Shown: one piece after another, positions 53,211 through 54,550 of the stretch
Position numbering within the stretch: the first letter of the stretch is position 1
Layout: every line of letters begins with the position of its first letter
Assembly (NCBI GenBank): GCA_964392655.1
Contig: CAYMQY010000001.1
Location: 1-54,550 of the forward strand
DNA length: 54,550 nt
Source of the DNA: an uncultured Saprospiraceae bacterium
GTDB lineage: Bacteria > Bacteroidota > Bacteroidia > Chitinophagales > Saprospiraceae
Direction of reading: 5' to 3'
The notes under the pieces: model-generated
The model's input: only the letters and a program-made list of their open reading frames with translations
The model's database searches: none
Told to the model about the DNA's origin: nothing
Translations under genes and position numbers: made by a program

Positions 53211-54548
53211 ATGGCAAAAACGATATCCGGCTTTTCCAGACTGAGCAAACGTGAAAAAATCGAATGGCTGGCGGGGAATTTTTTTCAGGACCCTGCGGCT
53301 GCCGAGGCAGAGTTGGTCGCATGGCACCGCCGCGACGAGGCGCAGCAGCGCATCATTGACGGGTTCACAGAAAATGCGATCAGCAACTTCACCCTGCCTT
53401 TCAGCGTAGCGCCCAATTTTTTAATCAACGGCCGGCCTTACGCCGTACCTATGGTAATCGAGGAAAGCAGCGTGGTAGCAGCGGCTTCCAGTGCCGCCAA
53501 GTTTTGGCTCGACCGGGGAGGATTTCACGCCGGGGTGCTGGATGTAGTGAAACTTGGACAGGTACATTTTCGTTGGAGCGGCCAGCCGGATCGCCTGCGT
53601 ACGCTTTTCTCTGCCTTGAAAGCACACCTCGTAGACTCCAGCAGCGACCTGACAGCCAATATGCGCCAACGCGGCGGCGGCTTGCTGGACATCGAACTGC
53701 TCGATTTTACCCACTTGGAACCTGAATATTACCAGTTGCGGGCCTCGTTCAATACCTGCGACAGCATGGGCGCCAATTTTATCAACTCCGTACTGGAGCG
53801 TTTCGGCGAACAAATGGAGTTTTTCATGGAAACAACTCCGGGGATTGAAGATCACGAGCGCGATGTGGAAATCGTCATGTGCATTCTGTCCAATTACAAC
53901 CCGGATTGTTTGGTACGCGCCTGGGTGGAATGCCCCGAAAATGAACTCGAAGACCTGGCTCGCGATGCAGGCCTGCCCGGCCACGCTGCGGTAGACCGGT
54001 TTTGCACCGCCGTCCGGATTGCTGCGGTAGACCCCTTCCGGGCTACCACCCATAACAAGGGAATTTTCAACGGAATTGATGCCGTCATCCTCGCCACGGG
54101 CAACGACTTTAGAGCAGTGGAAGCCTGCGGACACACATACGCCTGCCGAAGCGGACAGTACCGCAGCCTCAGCCGGGCATGGGTGGAAAATAGTGTTTTC
54201 CGATTCGAACTGGAACTACCATTGCCTATAGGTACCGTAGGCGGGTTGACTGCTTTGCATCCCCTCGCTAAACAGGCGCTCGATATGTTGGGGAACCCTT
54301 CAGCCCGGGAACTGATGATGATCGTGGCGGCAGTGGGGTTGGCGCAGAATTTTGCAGCGGTGCGTTCGTTGGTCACCACAGGGATTCAGCAGGGGCACAT
54401 GCGCATGCACTTGGTCAATATTCTCAACCACCTCGGTGCAACCGAGGCCGAAACCGAAGCCGCACAGGCGCATTTTTGCAGGCAGACGGTGAGTTTCAGT
54501 GCCGTACGGGCATTTCTGGAAAATGCTCGGTCGGAGCGCGTGGGGTAG
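53211..54548 (+). CDS. Hydroxymethylglutaryl-CoA reductase, class II
   Basis: Contains ENAISNFTLPFSVAPNFLINGRPYAVPMVIEESSVVAAASSAAK, DSMGANFIN and HNKGIFNGIDAV. The track start at 53151 is TTG; ATG lies at 53211. The stop codon is 2 nt before the window end. Confidence 0.9.
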   Translation: MAKTISGFSRLSKREKIEWLAGNFFQDPAAAEAELVAWHRRDEAQQRIIDGFTENAISNFTLPFSVAPNFLINGRPYAVPMVIEESSVVAAASSAAKFWLDRGGFHAGVLDVVKLGQVHFRWSGQPDRLRTLFSALKAHLVDSSSDLTANMRQRGGGLLDIELLDFTHLEPEYYQLRASFNTCDSMGANFINSVLERFGEQMEFFMETTPGIEDHERDVEIVMCILSNYNPDCLVRAWVECPENELEDLARDAGLPGHAAVDRFCTAVRIAAVDPFRATTHNKGIFNGIDAVILATGNDFRAVEACGHTYACRSGQYRSLSRAWVENSVFRFELELPLPIGTVGGLTALHPLAKQALDMLGNPSARELMMIVAAVGLAQNFAAVRSLVTTGIQQGHMRMHLVNILNHLGATEAETEAAQAHFCRQTVSFSAVRAFLENARSERVG

Positions 54549-54550
54549 AT

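Noticed and set aside
53421-54379. Minus-strand ORFs of 237 aa and 161 aa
   Set aside because: They are antisense to the HMG-CoA reductase gene, which has clear class II motifs.
1-54550. Search for CRISPR arrays, tRNA/rRNA genes, transposases, integrases, prophage or contractile-injection genes
   Set aside because: I saw no regularly spaced direct repeats, no tRNA-like GGTTCGAA-type arms in intergenic DNA, and no ORF with recombinase, transposase or phage structural motifs. The scan was visual, so short or degenerate elements could have been missed.

Overview
This is a 54.5-kb chromosomal segment from a Bacteroidota genome. The phylum call rests on the type IX secretion (T9SS) content: PorU, PorP/SprF, a SprB-repeat adhesin, three proteins with T9SS C-terminal sorting domains, and the DUF4197 and DUF4293 families. 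GC content looks moderately high by eye but was not computed. I saw no rRNA, tRNA, CRISPR array, transposase or integrase. The ORF track translates TTG/GTG/CTG starts as M, so I trimmed several N-terminal extensions to the first ATG that precedes a signal peptide. Long arginine/glycine/proline-rich ORFs antisense to real genes are treated as GC-driven shadow ORFs.

Housekeeping genes are recA, frr, thrC, folE, feoAB, Fe/Mn superoxide dismutase, kdsD/kpsF-type arabinose-5-phosphate isomerase, a PiT phosphate transporter, heme A synthase and class II HMG-CoA reductase. Envelope genes include a SprB-adhesin / OmpA / PorP-SprF operon, PorU, and three further OmpA-family proteins.

The most interesting region is 28.3-38.2 kb. 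Eight co-directional minus-strand genes end 1 nt from the stop codon of a convergent sigma-54 enhancer-binding protein.
- Two paralogous proteins have acidic N-termini, perfect (GxxxG)n glycine zippers and a conserved C-terminal SGTWxRQGxQxI motif.
- A 443-aa protein carries a single HExxH motif, and a 723-aa protein has nothing I can assign.
- The remaining four are an amidohydrolase, an S1 protease, an OmpA-like peptidoglycan-binding protein and an AmpD/PGRP-type amidase.
- None of the eight has a recognisable signal peptide or T9SS C-terminal domain.
- The protease and the amidase share an identical N-terminal heptapeptide, MRTYLDE. The amidase and the amidohydrolase share a CxCPxC motif.

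I could not place this cassette in any described system. That judgement comes from reading the sequence and from memory, not from a database search.

Other candidates worth a second look:
- a single-HKD PLD-family protein fused to an unassigned C-terminal domain (38.5-39.5 kb);
- four small secreted proteins or lipoproteins sharing a two-cysteine C-terminal module (20.1-22.1 kb);
- a GTGGAAA(AC) motif present four times upstream of ctaA;
- several perfect inverted repeats in intergenic spacers.
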